Of a stretch of 64,000 nt of DNA, positions 24,213 to 35,799 are shown one piece after another; position 1 is the stretch's first letter, and the number at the start of each line of letters is the position of its first letter. The stretch spans positions 1 to 64,000 of the forward strand of contig NW_021824851.1 in the NCBI RefSeq assembly GCF_006345805.1, read 5' to 3'. The notes under the pieces are model-generated. The model saw only the letters and a list, made by a program, of their open reading frames with translations, ran no database searches and was not told where the DNA came from. Source of the DNA: Octopus sinensis (taxonomy: Eukaryota). The translations under genes were made by a program, and so were the position numbers.

Positions 24213-24256
24213 TTTCAGTACCGGTTTCGGTCATTTTGAGACCTTTTCAACTGTAA
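24213..24256 (-). ncRNA. Degenerate type-I hammerhead-like motif
   Basis: TTACAG-TTGAAAA-GGTC(7 nt)GACC-GAAA-CCGG-TA-CTGAAA. The stems are intact, and the core has 2 transitions from CTGAAGA. Confidence 0.55.
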
Positions 24257-24487
24257 CGATTAAATAATTAAATTTAGAAAAATTAGAAGAAAAGTTTTTT
24301 TAAAGGAATATTTCTATAGTAGTGTTCAGATATAAGTGGCATTCTGCCTTTCTCTGACTCCCTTGTTTGCACTTGGTATATATATATACCAGAGTAAACA
24401 CATAAATGTGAAACAAGGTGGAAAAAAGAGTACTCAAATACCAGTGGTAGAGTAATATGCTTTATTTAAAGCAGCAGAAAATTCAAC

Positions 24488-24535
24488 AAAATCTGTTACT
24501 CTGAGTTTCTCGTTGCCGTTCATCAGACAGTTTTT
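24488..24535 (-). ncRNA. Minimal type-I hammerhead ribozyme (Penelope-type)
   Basis: AAAA-A-CTGT-CTGATGA-A-CG-GCAA-CG-A-GAAA-CTC-A-GAG-TA-ACAG-A-TTTT. It has complete CUGAUGA and GAAA boxes, stem I CTGT/ACAG, and a GUA cleavage triplet. Confidence 0.72.
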
Positions 24536-24674
24536 GCTAGAATGGAACTGATATATCAATTCCATCCAGACTCTTACAAACGCTACACCTTTAAAAAAAA
24601 TGGACTTGTTTGATTGGCCCTTTAGAAATAACGGTCAATCTTCGAGCGATAAACAAAAAATGAGCTCAAAAATG

Positions 24675-24728
<54 letters not shown>

Positions 24729-24954
24729 CACACAAGATAATGGTGTCATTGAGACCCAAAGGTGTCAGGTAATGCTGAATAAGTGCTATGGATAGATCAT
24801 AGTTAAGTTCCAGATTCTGTAATATTGCGAATAAAGGGGTCAACGTTGGTTCTATGTCAGCGTGTGTATATATGAATTTCTTGTGTAATGAGATACAAAA
24901 ACCAAGGCTGTATAGATATAACAGCATTTACAGATAGGTCTTATATATATATAT

Positions 24955-25370
24955 AGGCACAGGAGTGGCTGTGTGGTAAGTAGCTTGCTTACCAACCACA
25001 TGGTTCCAGGTTCAGTCCCACTGCGTGGCACCTTGGGCAGGAGTTTTCTACTATAACCTCGGGCTGACCAAAGCCTTGTGAGTTGATTTGGTAGACAGAA
25101 ACTGAAAGAAGCCCATTGTACATATGTGTGTGTGTGTGTGTGTATATAATATATATATATATATGTGTGTCAGTGTTTGTTCCCCCAACATCGCTTGACA
25201 ACCAATGCTGGTGTGTTTATGTCACCGTAACTTAGCGGTTCGACAAAAGCAACCGATAGAATATGTACTAGGCTTACAAAAGAATAAGTCCTGGGGTCGA
25301 TTTGCTCGATTAAAAGGTGGTGCTCCAGCATGGCCACAGTCAAATGACTGAAACAAGTAAAAGAGTAAAT
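24955..25370 (+). mobile_element. Family A SINE
   Basis: As at 3142. Confidence 0.83.
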
Positions 25371-25719
25371 AGTAAGTTACGGAGGCTTATATACACACAC
25401 ACACACACGACGGGCTTCTTCTATTTTTTTTGCCTGCCAAATCCACGCACAAGGATTTAGTCAGCCAAGGGCTATAGCCGAAGACCAAGGCCCCAGACAA
25501 TGGCACTAAACTAGGAACCTTTTGGTTGAGAAGCAATCTTCTTTATTTCATTAAATTTGCCACAAGGGCAGCACACAGAGTAAGGAAGCTTGCGGGCTGG
25601 ACACAGACATTAATGGGATGAATGATAATGATGCAAGGATGATAAAGATGGGAGAAGCCGAAAAGGGCCCACCGACTTTCGCTTCTCTAAAACATACTCT
25701 CTCTCTATTTTTTTTTTCT

Positions 25720-26128
25720 CTCTTTTTAGTTGTTTCAGTCATTTGACTGCGGCCATGCTGGAGCACCGCCTTTAATCAAGCAACTCGACCCCGGGACTTA
25801 TTCTTTTTGTAAGCCCAGTACTTATTCTATCGGTCTCTTTTGCTGAACCGCTAAGTGACGGGAACCTAAACACACCAGCATTGGTTGTCAAGCAATGCTA
25901 GGGGGACAAACACAGACACACAAACATATACACACACACACACATACATATATATACATATATACGACAGGCTTCTTTCAGTTTCCGTCTACCAAATCCA
26001 CTCTCAAGGCTTTGGTCGGCCCGAGGCTATAGCAGAAGACACTTGGCCAAGGTGCCATGCAGTGGGACTGAACCCAGAACCATGTGGTTGGTAGGCAAGC
26101 TACTTACCACACAGCCACTCCTGCGCCT
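25720..26128 (-). mobile_element. Family A SINE
   Basis: Reverse complement of the consensus seen at 3142. Confidence 0.85.
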
Positions 26129-26650
26129 ATTGTTCTTTTTTTTTTTTTTTTTTTTTCAGCACAATAAGGCAATAAACCTCTTACATAGTTCAGAATTCGT
26201 TTTTTGCCTTTTGAAGCACAATGAGGCTATAAACCTCTTACATAGTTCAATATTGAAAAAAAAGCACACACACACAAGGCAATAATCCTCTCACTTTCTA
26301 AAAAAATTTTGTAGACTCTTTTTGAGTCCAAACGTCCAACACTTCAAGTTACAAACTTAATGTTATGTCCCAGTTACCAGCTTAGTAATGACTAAGATGT
26401 TTTAGTACCGTAAATCCTCGAGTATAGTCCACCCTTGAGTATAATACGCAGGGGATTTTTAGGGGGCTGTACCTCTGAAAAACTTAAACCTTGTGTATAA
26501 TATGCACCCCTTCTCTAACTTGAGTCAAGGAGGTCTATATAACGTCCTTGGTTTCTAAAAATGTATACAGTAACGTCCGACCAGGCTCCTCCCTTCATCA
26601 AAGCATCTATTCGGTTCCAAGCCAACTTCTTACCACACAGCCATCCCTGC

Positions 26651-26803
26651 ACCTTTAGAGAGAAGGAGAGAGAGAGAGATAAGGGGTAGTGAAGGCAATC
26701 TATCTAGGGAGATTGCCTTCACTACGGCTAAGGAGCCCTTTCTACCCCTTATCTCTCTCTCTCTCTCTTCCCTCTAAAGGTTATCTATCTAGGGAGATAA
26801 CCT
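26651..26803. repeat. Foldback palindrome containing two hairpins with the same loop
   Basis: Outer arms span 26651-26781. The hairpins GTAGTGAAGGCAATCT/AGATTGCCTTCACTAC and AAGGTTATCT/AGATAACCTT both enclose ATCTAGGG. Confidence 0.8.
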
Positions 26804-26980
26804 TACAATAAATCACTCGGTCCGTAGCTTAGAAATACTGGGTTGACGTCCAGCGGGAACAGCTTTGTTTCATGGAGGAGGAAAGATCTTCTTTAGTACT
26901 TGGTTGTACAATGCTTTCCAATGTGTGTAGTAGTGGCGCGCGCACACATTATTAGCCATTTGAAAAGACTATGGGATTTA

Positions 26981-27013
26981 GTCTCGACCACGGTCGAACG
27001 ATGATGATGATGA
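26981..27013 (+). mobile_element. Extremely 5'-truncated RTE end (hairpin plus tail only)
   Basis: GTCTCGACCACGGTCGAACGATGATGATG matches the end of 11160-11935. Confidence 0.65.
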
Positions 27014-27518
27014 ATATCTAGGCATAGGCAGGTCTAATATCCGTTTCATGAATGCAGACAATTAGATGTGAAGAGAAATGAGTCTCGTTTCCTGTCTCCT
27101 AGACTGAATACTGAAATGATATTAAGTCCCATTACTGGTTGTCGCTGTGGTTGTGTGACTAAAATATCAGGACAAGACATTTGTGGAAAATATATGGGTG
27201 ACATTAATAACAATAGATAATATGCTGTTTGCTGTCATGTTAACCATTCTTCCACCTGGGCTATCATCCGACCTGCTTAAAATAGCTGTCAGTTTTTCAT
27301 AAATCATACCCTACTCTCTTCCAAGGAGAGGAAAGACAATGTTTGAGCATGTGATTCTGTTCGGATTGTGCTTGGAGTACAAGATGGGATGGTCACAATT
27401 GGGTTGTTTTGGATTTACAGGTCTGCTAGATGAGAGATTTTAGTGTGGCAGGTAGCAACAACAGCACAGTGACACATGCTCCACTGATTCTAAAAAAAAA
27501 AAAAAGAAAAAGAAAAAG

Positions 27519-28272
27519 TGGTGAGCTGGCAGAATCCTTAGCACGCCGGGTGAAATGCGTAGCCGTATTTCGTCTGTCGTCACGTTCTGAGTTCAAATTC
27601 CGCTGAGGTTGACTTTGCCTTTCATCCTTTCGGGGTCGATTAAATAAAGTACCAGTTACACACTGGGGTCGATATAATCGGCTTAATCCGTTTGTCTCCT
27701 CTGTATTTTAGCCCCTTGTGGGTAATAAAGAAATAGGTATTTCGTCTGCCACTATATTCTGAGTTCAAATTCCGCTGAAGTCGACTTTGCTTTTCATCCT
27801 TTCGGGGTAGATTGAATAAGTACCAGTTACGCACTGGGGTCGATATAATCGGCTTATTCCGTTTGTCTGTCCTCTCTGTATTTAGCCCCTTGTAGGTAGT
27901 AAAGAAATAGGTATTTCATCTGCCGTTACGTTCTGAGTTCAAATTCCGCGGAGATCGACTTTGCCTTTCATCCTTTCTGAGTTGATTAAATAAGTACCAG
28001 TTATGCACTGGGGTCGATATAATCGACTTAATCCCTTTGTGTGTCCTCTCTGTGTTTAGCCCCTTGTGGGTAGTAAAGAAATTAGTATTTAGTCTGCCAC
28101 TACGTTCTGAGTTCAAATTCCGCCGAGGTCGACTTTGCCTTTCATCCTTTTGGAGTCGATTGAATAAGTACCAGTTACGCACTGGGGTGGATATAATTGA
28201 TTTAATCCGTCTGTCTGTCCTTGTTTGTCCCCTCAGTGTTTAGCCCCTTGTGGGTAGTAAAGGAATAGGTAG
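27519..28272 (+). mobile_element. Family B SINE tetramer
   Basis: One head and repeated modules joined at AAAGAAAT(A/T)|(G/A)GTATTT. Confidence 0.85.
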
Positions 28273-28280
28273 CATTAAGT

Positions 28281-28470
28281 GGAGGCGCAATGGCCCAGTG
28301 GTTAGGGCAGCAGACTCGTGGTCGTAAGAACGCAGTTTCGATTCCCAGACTGGGCATTGTGAGTGTTTATTGAGCAAAAACACCTAAGCTCCACAGGGCT
28401 CCAGCGGGGAGGGGTGGTGAACCCCGCTGTCCTCTTTCACCACAACTTTCTCTCACTCTTTCTTCCTACT
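28281..28470 (+). mobile_element. Family C SINE 5' part
   Basis: GGAGGCGCAATGGCCCAGTGGTTAGGGCAG head. Confidence 0.75.
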
Positions 28471-28766
28471 TCTGCCACAAAGCAGAGGAACTATAGCGTA
28501 ACCCCCTATGGTGTGGTAAACTTTCAGACCCTAGTCTAGATTGCGAATCCTCTATACCCCAGGATGGTTCAGCTCTCCACCCGTTAAAAGCCAACTTTTA
28601 CGGAATGAGGATAACAACGTAGCTTTCACGCCCGTGCAACCGCCAGTCTATCGCATGTGGTGGGTGGATCTTCAAGTTGCCGCACACACTCTTAGTAGCT
28701 TAGAGTAGGCTCGAATTAGAGATTATTCTTTGTGGCTAATGGCGTGAGTGCTGATTGGAAGAAGAA

Positions 28767-28797
<31 letters not shown>

Positions 28798-29044
28798 GAG
28801 AAGAAAAAGAGGAAGAAGTCAGCAGCATCAACAGTTGCATATGAAGGTGAGAAGCTAAGAGTTGTGGAGTGTGAAGAATAAACTACAATACATATGTAGA
28901 CACATAGATGTATGTGTGTGGGATTATAGGGTTATAGATCCATTGCAGCTGATCTTATTACTCACTGGTTTTGCACCAGATATTAGGTAACTGTGCTATT
29001 ATCTAATGCATGTGCTCTTCAAGGATGGCAAGTATGGAATAAAT

Positions 29045-29699
29045 TTTTGGCCTTGGGATTTATTGATGGACATTGCGAAGCAGAGTTTAACAGGAAACAG
29101 AACGCCTGAAGTGGATTGGTAGGTCAGCGCACAACGGTTGAAGGTGCATGCGTGGAATGAAGACGTCCTCTCCCTTCCCACAACTGGTAAGTATTGTGGC
29201 CGTTATTAAATGTGGTGGCAAATGTTTCACAACCAGATGTGCCGTTGCACTGTTTAGGTGGAACCAAATTCCTGATGAGCATAATGGGTGCACCGACTTT
29301 TAACTTCAGGATCTGTGGCGGCAGGCCTGGCGGTTCAAGTGAATTCAGGAATTCAACAGGATAATCGGCAAGCTCGGCGGGGTCTACTGTCCTATCAATA
29401 GATTTGTAGACGTGGACATCACCAGGAATAGCTTCAAGTAGCTGGATATTGATGGAGTTGAGAGTTAAAAAGGTCGAGTTGCGTCCCCTAGACAGTCTGT
29501 GGTTTGTGTTTCTGATTCTCGATTCCATGTTGAATTTATCGATTTTTTTCAGAACTGGGGAAACTTTTCAAAATTTTCGCTGCGTTAGTTTTGAATTATG
29601 ACATTGGGCTATGTGTGTGTCAAGTTTCATCAGAATCAGTTGAAAGCCGTGGTCAGGGTGAGGGTACAACCTGACAGACACACAGACAGACAAACTGCC

Positions 29700-29733
<34 letters not shown>

Positions 29734-29755
29734 ATATATATATATATATATATGA
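29045..29755 (-). mobile_element. Internally deleted Helitron
   Basis: A (TA)n-AAACGGCAGTTTGTCTGTC-type 5' end near 29700 joins within about 200 bp to the helicase fragment. No 3' CTAG end was located. Confidence 0.7.
29048..29480 (-). pseudogene. Helitron RepHel Pif1-type helicase fragment with 2 frameshifts
   Basis: YPVEFLNSLEPPGLPPQILKLKVGAPIMLIRNLVPPKQCNGT / LVVKHL...GKGEDVFIPRM / FPVKLCFAMSINKSQGQ. These are hallmark Helitron/Pif1 helicase motifs. Confidence 0.92.
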
Positions 29756-29769
29756 AGATGATAATGATG

Positions 29770-30089
29770 AAATGAAAGTGAAAATCCGAAGGAGCAATAT
29801 CTGGTGAATGTGGAGGGTGGGGTAACACATCCCAGCCGAGCTGCAGCAATTTTTGTCTGGTTCCCAAAGCATCAAGTGCCGAAAATGAACTTTCTTATCT
29901 TCCATTTTAAAGGGTTACAGAATTAACACAGGTTATAGGAACATAAACCTTCTTCCACACAAAGATAGCTTAAACTGTGCTCTAAATTGAGGTGTAGTCA
30001 AATCCTATTTTATGGACTCAATCATGTTCTAAAATAAGTCGAAAAGTAAGCTGCTATAAATTGGCACAAACTTTCCGGACAACCCAATA
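29770..30089 (-). mobile_element. Internally deleted mariner
   Basis: TA-TTGGGTTGTCCGGAAAGTTT TIR at 30068-30089, with transposase fragment TRQKLLQLGWDVLPHPPHSPDIAPSDFH. Confidence 0.82.
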
Positions 30090-30174
30090 TATATATATAT
30101 ATCATAGAAATATTAACCTATCGTTACTTATGAAGAGAATAGATGGAAAGGAAGTACAAGGTTATATAATTATA

Positions 30175-30407
30175 TATTTCTTTACCACCCACAAGGGGCT
30201 AAACACAGAGGGGACAAACAAGGACAGACAAAGGGATTAAGTCGATTACATCGACCCCCAGTTGGTAACTGGTACTTAATTTATCGACCCCGAAAGGATG
30301 AAAGGCAAAGTCGACCTTGGCGGAATTTGAACTCATAACGTAACGACAGACGAAATAGCGCTAAGCACTTCGCCCGGCGTGCTAACGTTTCTGCCAGCTC
30401 GCCGCCT
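30175..30407 (-). mobile_element. Family B SINE
   Basis: Reverse complement of the element at 4981. Confidence 0.85.
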
Positions 30408-30799
30408 TCGGGTTATATATATATATATATACACACACACACATTCACCAGAGCTGATGTCTCTCCAATTGGTGAAACCCCTTTCGTCACACTCTACCCA
30501 ACACTATTTTAGGTTGATCTTACTTGTCTCATGCCTTTTAGACCCCTCACTAGAATTTGGTGAATTGTGGAGAGCTGGAGCAAATGATGCTGGTTGTCCG
30601 AACCAGCATCCGTACATTTCTCTCCATCCAATGCCATGAATCGTTGCAGTTTTTATTGGCCCTGAAATAAATCAAAGGCCAAATTGACCATGGTGGGATT
30701 TGAACTCAGATTGCAGAGAATCCGAACGAATACCACAAGGCATTCAGTTTGACTTCCTTAATGACCCTTTTACTTCAACACCATTTTATATTTCTTTTT

Positions 30800-31028
30800 T
30801 CTTTTTCTCTTTTACTTGTTTCAGTCATTTGACTGCGGCCATGCTGGAGCACCACCTTTAGTCGAGCAACTCGACCCCGGGACTTATTCTTTGTAAGCCC
30901 AGTACTTATTCTATCGGTCTCTTTTTGCCGAACCACTAAGTGACGGGGACGTAAACACACCAGCATCAGTTGTCAAGCAATGCTAGGGGGACAAACACAG
31001 ACACACAAACATACACGCACATAGATAT

Positions 31029-31061
<33 letters not shown>

Positions 31062-31220
31062 CGACGGGCTTCTTTCAGTTTCCGTCTACCAAATCCACTC
31101 ACAAAGCTTTGGTCGACCCGGGGCTATAGCAGAAGACACTTGCCCAAGGTGCCACGTAGTGGAACTGAACCCAGAACCATGTGGTTTGTAAGCAAGCTAC
31201 TTACCACACAGCCACTCCTG
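30800..31220 (-). mobile_element. Family A SINE
   Basis: As at 25720. Confidence 0.85.
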
Positions 31221-31555
31221 GCTCTTGATATCTTCCCCTTGCTTTCTCTGGATTATGTAAATAAGGTGAAGAGGGCCTATGAGGTGGTGTGTCATCCTTA
31301 TTGGACCCTAAATTTTGCTCAGGTACTGTTTGGACTGTGATAATCATAATTGTCTGAATCAATAGCCATCACATATCATTATCATTTAATGTCCATTTTC
31401 CATGCTGGCATGGGTTGGACAGTTTGACAGGGACTAGCAAGGCCGGAAACCACACCAGGCCCCATAGTCTGTTTTTGGCTTGGTTTCTACAGCTGGATGT
31501 CCTTCCTATCATCAACCATTTTACAAAGTGGATTGAGTGCTCTTTATGTGATACC

Positions 31556-31778
31556 TATTTCTTTACTACCCACAAGGGGCTAAACATAGAGAAGACAGAC
31601 AGACGAATTAAGTCGATTATATCGACTCCAGTGCGTAACTGGTACTTATTTAATCAACCCCGAAAGGATGAAAGGCAAAGTCGACCTTGGCGGAATTTGA
31701 ACTCAGAACGTAGCAGCAGACGAAATACCACTAAGCATTTTGCCCGGCGTGCTAACGTTTCTGCCAGCTTGCCGCCTT
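31556..31778 (-). mobile_element. Family B SINE
   Basis: As at 30175. Confidence 0.82.
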
Positions 31779-31796
31779 TGTGATACCAGCACCAAT

Positions 31797-32405
31797 AGGG
31801 TCACCAACTAGCAAGACTGAGCAGGCACAAGGCCTGAAATCTGGTGGACATGGTTGGTCAGTTACATTGACACCTCTCTCCACCTTTTTTTTTTTTTGAC
31901 CCCGAAATGTTGTAAAGCAAAATTCAACCTCAGTAGGATTTGAACTCAGAACGTAAAGAACTGGAAGAAAAGCTGCGAAGCATTTTGTCCAACAAGCTTA
32001 GGATCATACCAGCTCTCTGCCTTGGCTGTGTGTGTGTTTATGTCTATGTTTTCCAGTTTCAGCTCTTGAGCTGTGGCCATGCTGGGGCACCGCCTTTTGT
32101 GTGCATTTCATAGAAATATTTCCAACAGGGTCACCAACTAGCAAGACAAACTCCACTGAACAGGCACAAGGCCTGAAATCTGGTGGTCACGGTTGGTCAG
32201 TTACATTGACACCTCTCCCCACCTTTTTGTTTTATTGACCCCGAAATGGTGTAAAGCAAAATCAACCTCAGTAGGATTTGAACTCAGAACGTAAAGAGCT
32301 GGAAGAAAAGCTGCATAGCATTTCGTCCAGCAAACTTAGGATCATGCCAGCTCTCTGCCTAGGGTATATGTGTGTGTGTTGCATTTCATAGAAATATTTC
32401 CAACA
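31797..32405. repeat. Old tandem duplication (~280-330 bp) of a diverged B-like SINE and its flank
   Basis: AGGGTCACCAACTAGCAAGAC...CCAGCTCTCTGCCT occurs twice, from about 31797 and 32127. Confidence 0.75.
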
Positions 32406-32602
32406 ACAAAGAAAGTGGGTGGAATGACAAGGGAAACTTGAGAAGCGTTGTTTTATATCCTGTGGTCTTTAGTGCAGAATCACTTGGAGAGTGTGGAGGG
32501 AGGGCAGTGAATGTTTTTTGTTGAGACATTGTCAGGAGTTGAGCTGTGGATCAAAGAGCTCTTTGTTCAAGCAGGATGTTGAAACATCAACCACCCGGCC
32601 CA

Positions 32603-32945
32603 GCTCTCTCTCTCCCTCTCTTTCTCTCTTTCTCTCTCTTTCTTTCTCTCTCTTTCTCTCTCTTTCTCTTTCTTTCTCTGTTTCTCTTTCTTTCTCTCTC
32701 TCTCTTTCTCTCTCCCTCTCTTTCTCTCTCTCTCTTTCTCTCTCCCTCTCTTTCTCTCTCACTCTTTCTTTCTCTCTTTCTCTTTCTTTCTCTGTTTCTC
32801 TTTCTTTCTCTGTTTCTCTCTCCCTCTCTTTCTCTCTCCCTCTCTTTCTCTCTCACTCTTTCTTTCTCTCTTTCTCTATCGCTTTCTCTCTCACTCTCTC
32901 ACTCTTTCTCTCTCTCTCTCTCTCTCACTCTTTCTCTCTGTCTTT

Positions 32946-32987
<42 letters not shown>

Positions 32988-33005
32988 CCCCCTCCCCCTC
33001 TCTCT
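32603..33005. repeat. (CT)n/(CTTT)n pyrimidine tract of about 400 bp
   Basis: Direct reading of the sequence. Confidence 0.95.
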
Positions 33006-33615
33006 CATACTTGTTAGACACTTGTTGAGTAGCAACATCTGTCTGGTTGTTTATCTTACTTTCAATCAGTTGCTCTGCCTATATATCCGTATCTCTCTCT
33101 CTCTCTCCCCCCCCCCTCACACACACACACACTCACTCTTAATCCTGTAGGTTGATAAATAGACAAGAACAAAACAAGGGAGAAAGAGCAGCTCTGAAAT
33201 CGGAAACGTTTGATGCTATTCAACTGTATAACAAACTCTTTTGCACCAAACTCTTCTTCTCAACTCAATTGCAAACCTTATGGTGGTAAGTCTGAAAGTT
33301 TTCAGTTTCAGTAAGATGGTGACCCTGAAATGAATCAAGGGCCAAATTGACCTTGGTGGGATTTGAACTCAGACTGCAGAGAATCCGAACGAAGCCCATC
33401 GTGTACGTATATATGATGATGATATATATATATTGGTTGGCATCCTTTTTGTCTCGGGAGACAATGGAGTTGCGCATAGCTCCATCTCTTAGAATTTCGT
33501 TAAGTAAATTACTCGCTTCTCCCCCCTCTGCTTAAATTCTGACCGTCCCTAAATTCCGACTGACCCTTGTTCGCTGTGCTGGCCATTTTTATTTATTTAT
33601 TTTTTTTTTTTTACC

Positions 33616-33646
<31 letters not shown>

Positions 33647-33647
33647 A

Positions 33648-34062
33648 GATGGTGAGCTGGCAGAATCATTAGCACGCAGGGCGAAATGCGTAGCCGTATT
33701 TCGTCTGCTGTTACGTTCTGAGTTCAAATTCCGCCGAGGTCGACTTTGCCTTTCATCCTTTCGGGGTCGATAAATTAAGTACCAGTTATGTACTGGAATC
33801 AATGTAATCGGTTTAATCCATTTGTCTGTCCTTGTTTGTCCCCTCTGTATTTAGCCCCTTGTGGGTAGTAAAGAAATAGGTATTTTGTCTGCCTCTATGA
33901 TCTGAGTTCAAATTCCGCTGAGGTCGATTTTGCTTTTCATCCTTTGGGGTTGATAAATTAGGTACCAGTTACGCACTGGGGTCGATATAATCGAATTAAT
34001 CCGTCGGTCTGTCCTTGTTTGTCTCCTCTGTGTTTAGCCCCTTGTGGGTAGTAAAGAAATAG
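33648..34062 (+). mobile_element. Family B SINE dimer
   Basis: Head plus a second module at the AAAGAAATA|GGTATTT junction. Confidence 0.83.
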
Positions 34063-34065
34063 GTG

Positions 34066-34116
<51 letters not shown>

Positions 34117-34709
34117 TATATATACATATATAATACATGCACGATGGGCTTCTCTCAGTTTCTGTCTAAAAGCTTTGGTTGGCCTATCACTGTAGTAGAA
34201 GACATGCTCAAAGTGCCGTGCAGTGGAACTGAACCCGGAACCATGTGGTTGGTAAACAAGCTACTTACCACACAGCCACTCCTATAAAATCAATTCACCT
34301 CTACTGTTTCTCTTAATGTACCATCGACGATGTTAAAAATGGTAGTTTTTAAAGCTTTGATGAGAACAAGATTAGAAGTTCTAATGGAGAGTGAATAGAT
34401 TGGTATCTGGCTTCCGCATCTGAAAGCAATCTCGTGAGATCGGTTGTGATTGTGATTGGTCAGTCTTTCAGACGTAGCCAGCTGTTTTGCAGTGATTTAC
34501 TCTTTACTCGCTCGTTAAGCAACGATTAATTACTCGCATGTTAGGTGTCAGTAGTTATCACTTCTTCGATGTTAAGTGGCGAGAGTCGGGGAGCAGAGGT
34601 GCTCAAATGCGATGCAGATAGAAAGGTGTTGCCACTGACACACACAGCTATACTCATGCAAACACACACACATTATGGAGTGCATGTGTGTGTGTGTGTA
34701 TATATACAC

Positions 34710-35630
34710 ACAGGAGTGGCTGTGTGGTAAGTAGCTTGCTTACCAACCACATGGTTCCGGGTTCAGTCCCACTGCGTGGCACCTTGGGCAAGTGTCTTCT
34801 ACTATAGCCCCGAGCTGACCAAAGCCTTGTGAATGGATTTGGTAGACGGAAACTGAAAAGAAGCCCGTCGTATATATGTGAGTGGCTGTGTGGTAAGTAG
34901 CTTGCTTACCAACCACATGGTTCCGGGTTCAGTCCCACTGCGTGGCACCTTGGGCAAGTGTCTTCTGCTATAGCCTCGGCCCGACCAAAGCCTTGTGAGT
35001 GAATTTGGTAGATGGAAACTGAAAAGAAGCCCATCGTATATATGTGAGTGGCTGTGTGGTAAGTAGCTTGCTTACCAACCGCATGGTTCTGAGTTCAGTC
35101 CCACTGCATGGTACCTTGGGCAAGTGTCTTCCACTCTAGCCTCGGGCCGACCAAAGCCTTCTGAGTGGATTTGGTAGACGGAAACTGAAAAGAAGCCCGT
35201 TGTATATATGTGAGTGGCTGTGTGGTAAGTAGCTTGCTTACCAACCACATGGTTCTGAGTTCATTCCCACTGCGTGGCACCTTGAGCAAGTGTCTTCTAC
35301 TATAGCCTCGGGCCGACCAAAGCCTTGTGAGTGGATTTGGTAGACGGAAACTGAAAGAAGCCCTTCGTATATATGTATATATACATGTATGTGTGTGTAT
35401 ATGTTTGTGTGTCTGTGTTTGTCCCCCTAGCATTGCTTGACAACCGATGCTGGTGTGTTTATGTCAACGTAACCTAGCGGTTCAGCAAAAAAAACTGATA
35501 GAATAAGTACTGGGCTTACAAAAGAATAAGTACTGGGCTTACAAAAGAATAAGTCCCGGGGTCGATGTGCTCGACTAAAGGCGGTGCTCCAGCATGGCCA
35601 CAGTCACATGACTGAAACAAGTAAAAGAGT
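34710..35630 (+). mobile_element. Family A SINE with four tandem heads
   Basis: The junction TATATATGT|GAGTGGCTGTG occurs three times, with a single tail. Confidence 0.87.
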
Positions 35631-35799
35631 ATGTGTATTTGTGTTGAAATATATCATCATCATCAGCTTTACTTCTGCTTTTCCTTGCTGGTATGGGTTC
35701 AAGGGTGAAACAGGATCCATTGCATCAGTAAACCAAAGTCATCTTTGGCAAAATTTCTATTGCTCCATACATTTGTGTGTGTATATCTCTTTTTCTCTT

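Noticed and set aside
26158-26300. Three ~56-bp degenerate tandem units next to a SINE head
   Set aside because: An ordinary local duplication with no structural or coding signal.
32491-33150. Ser/Leu, Glu/Arg, Tyr/Ile, His/Thr and poly-Leu/Ile ORFs here and at 50.2-54.6 kb
   Set aside because: These are translations of microsatellites.
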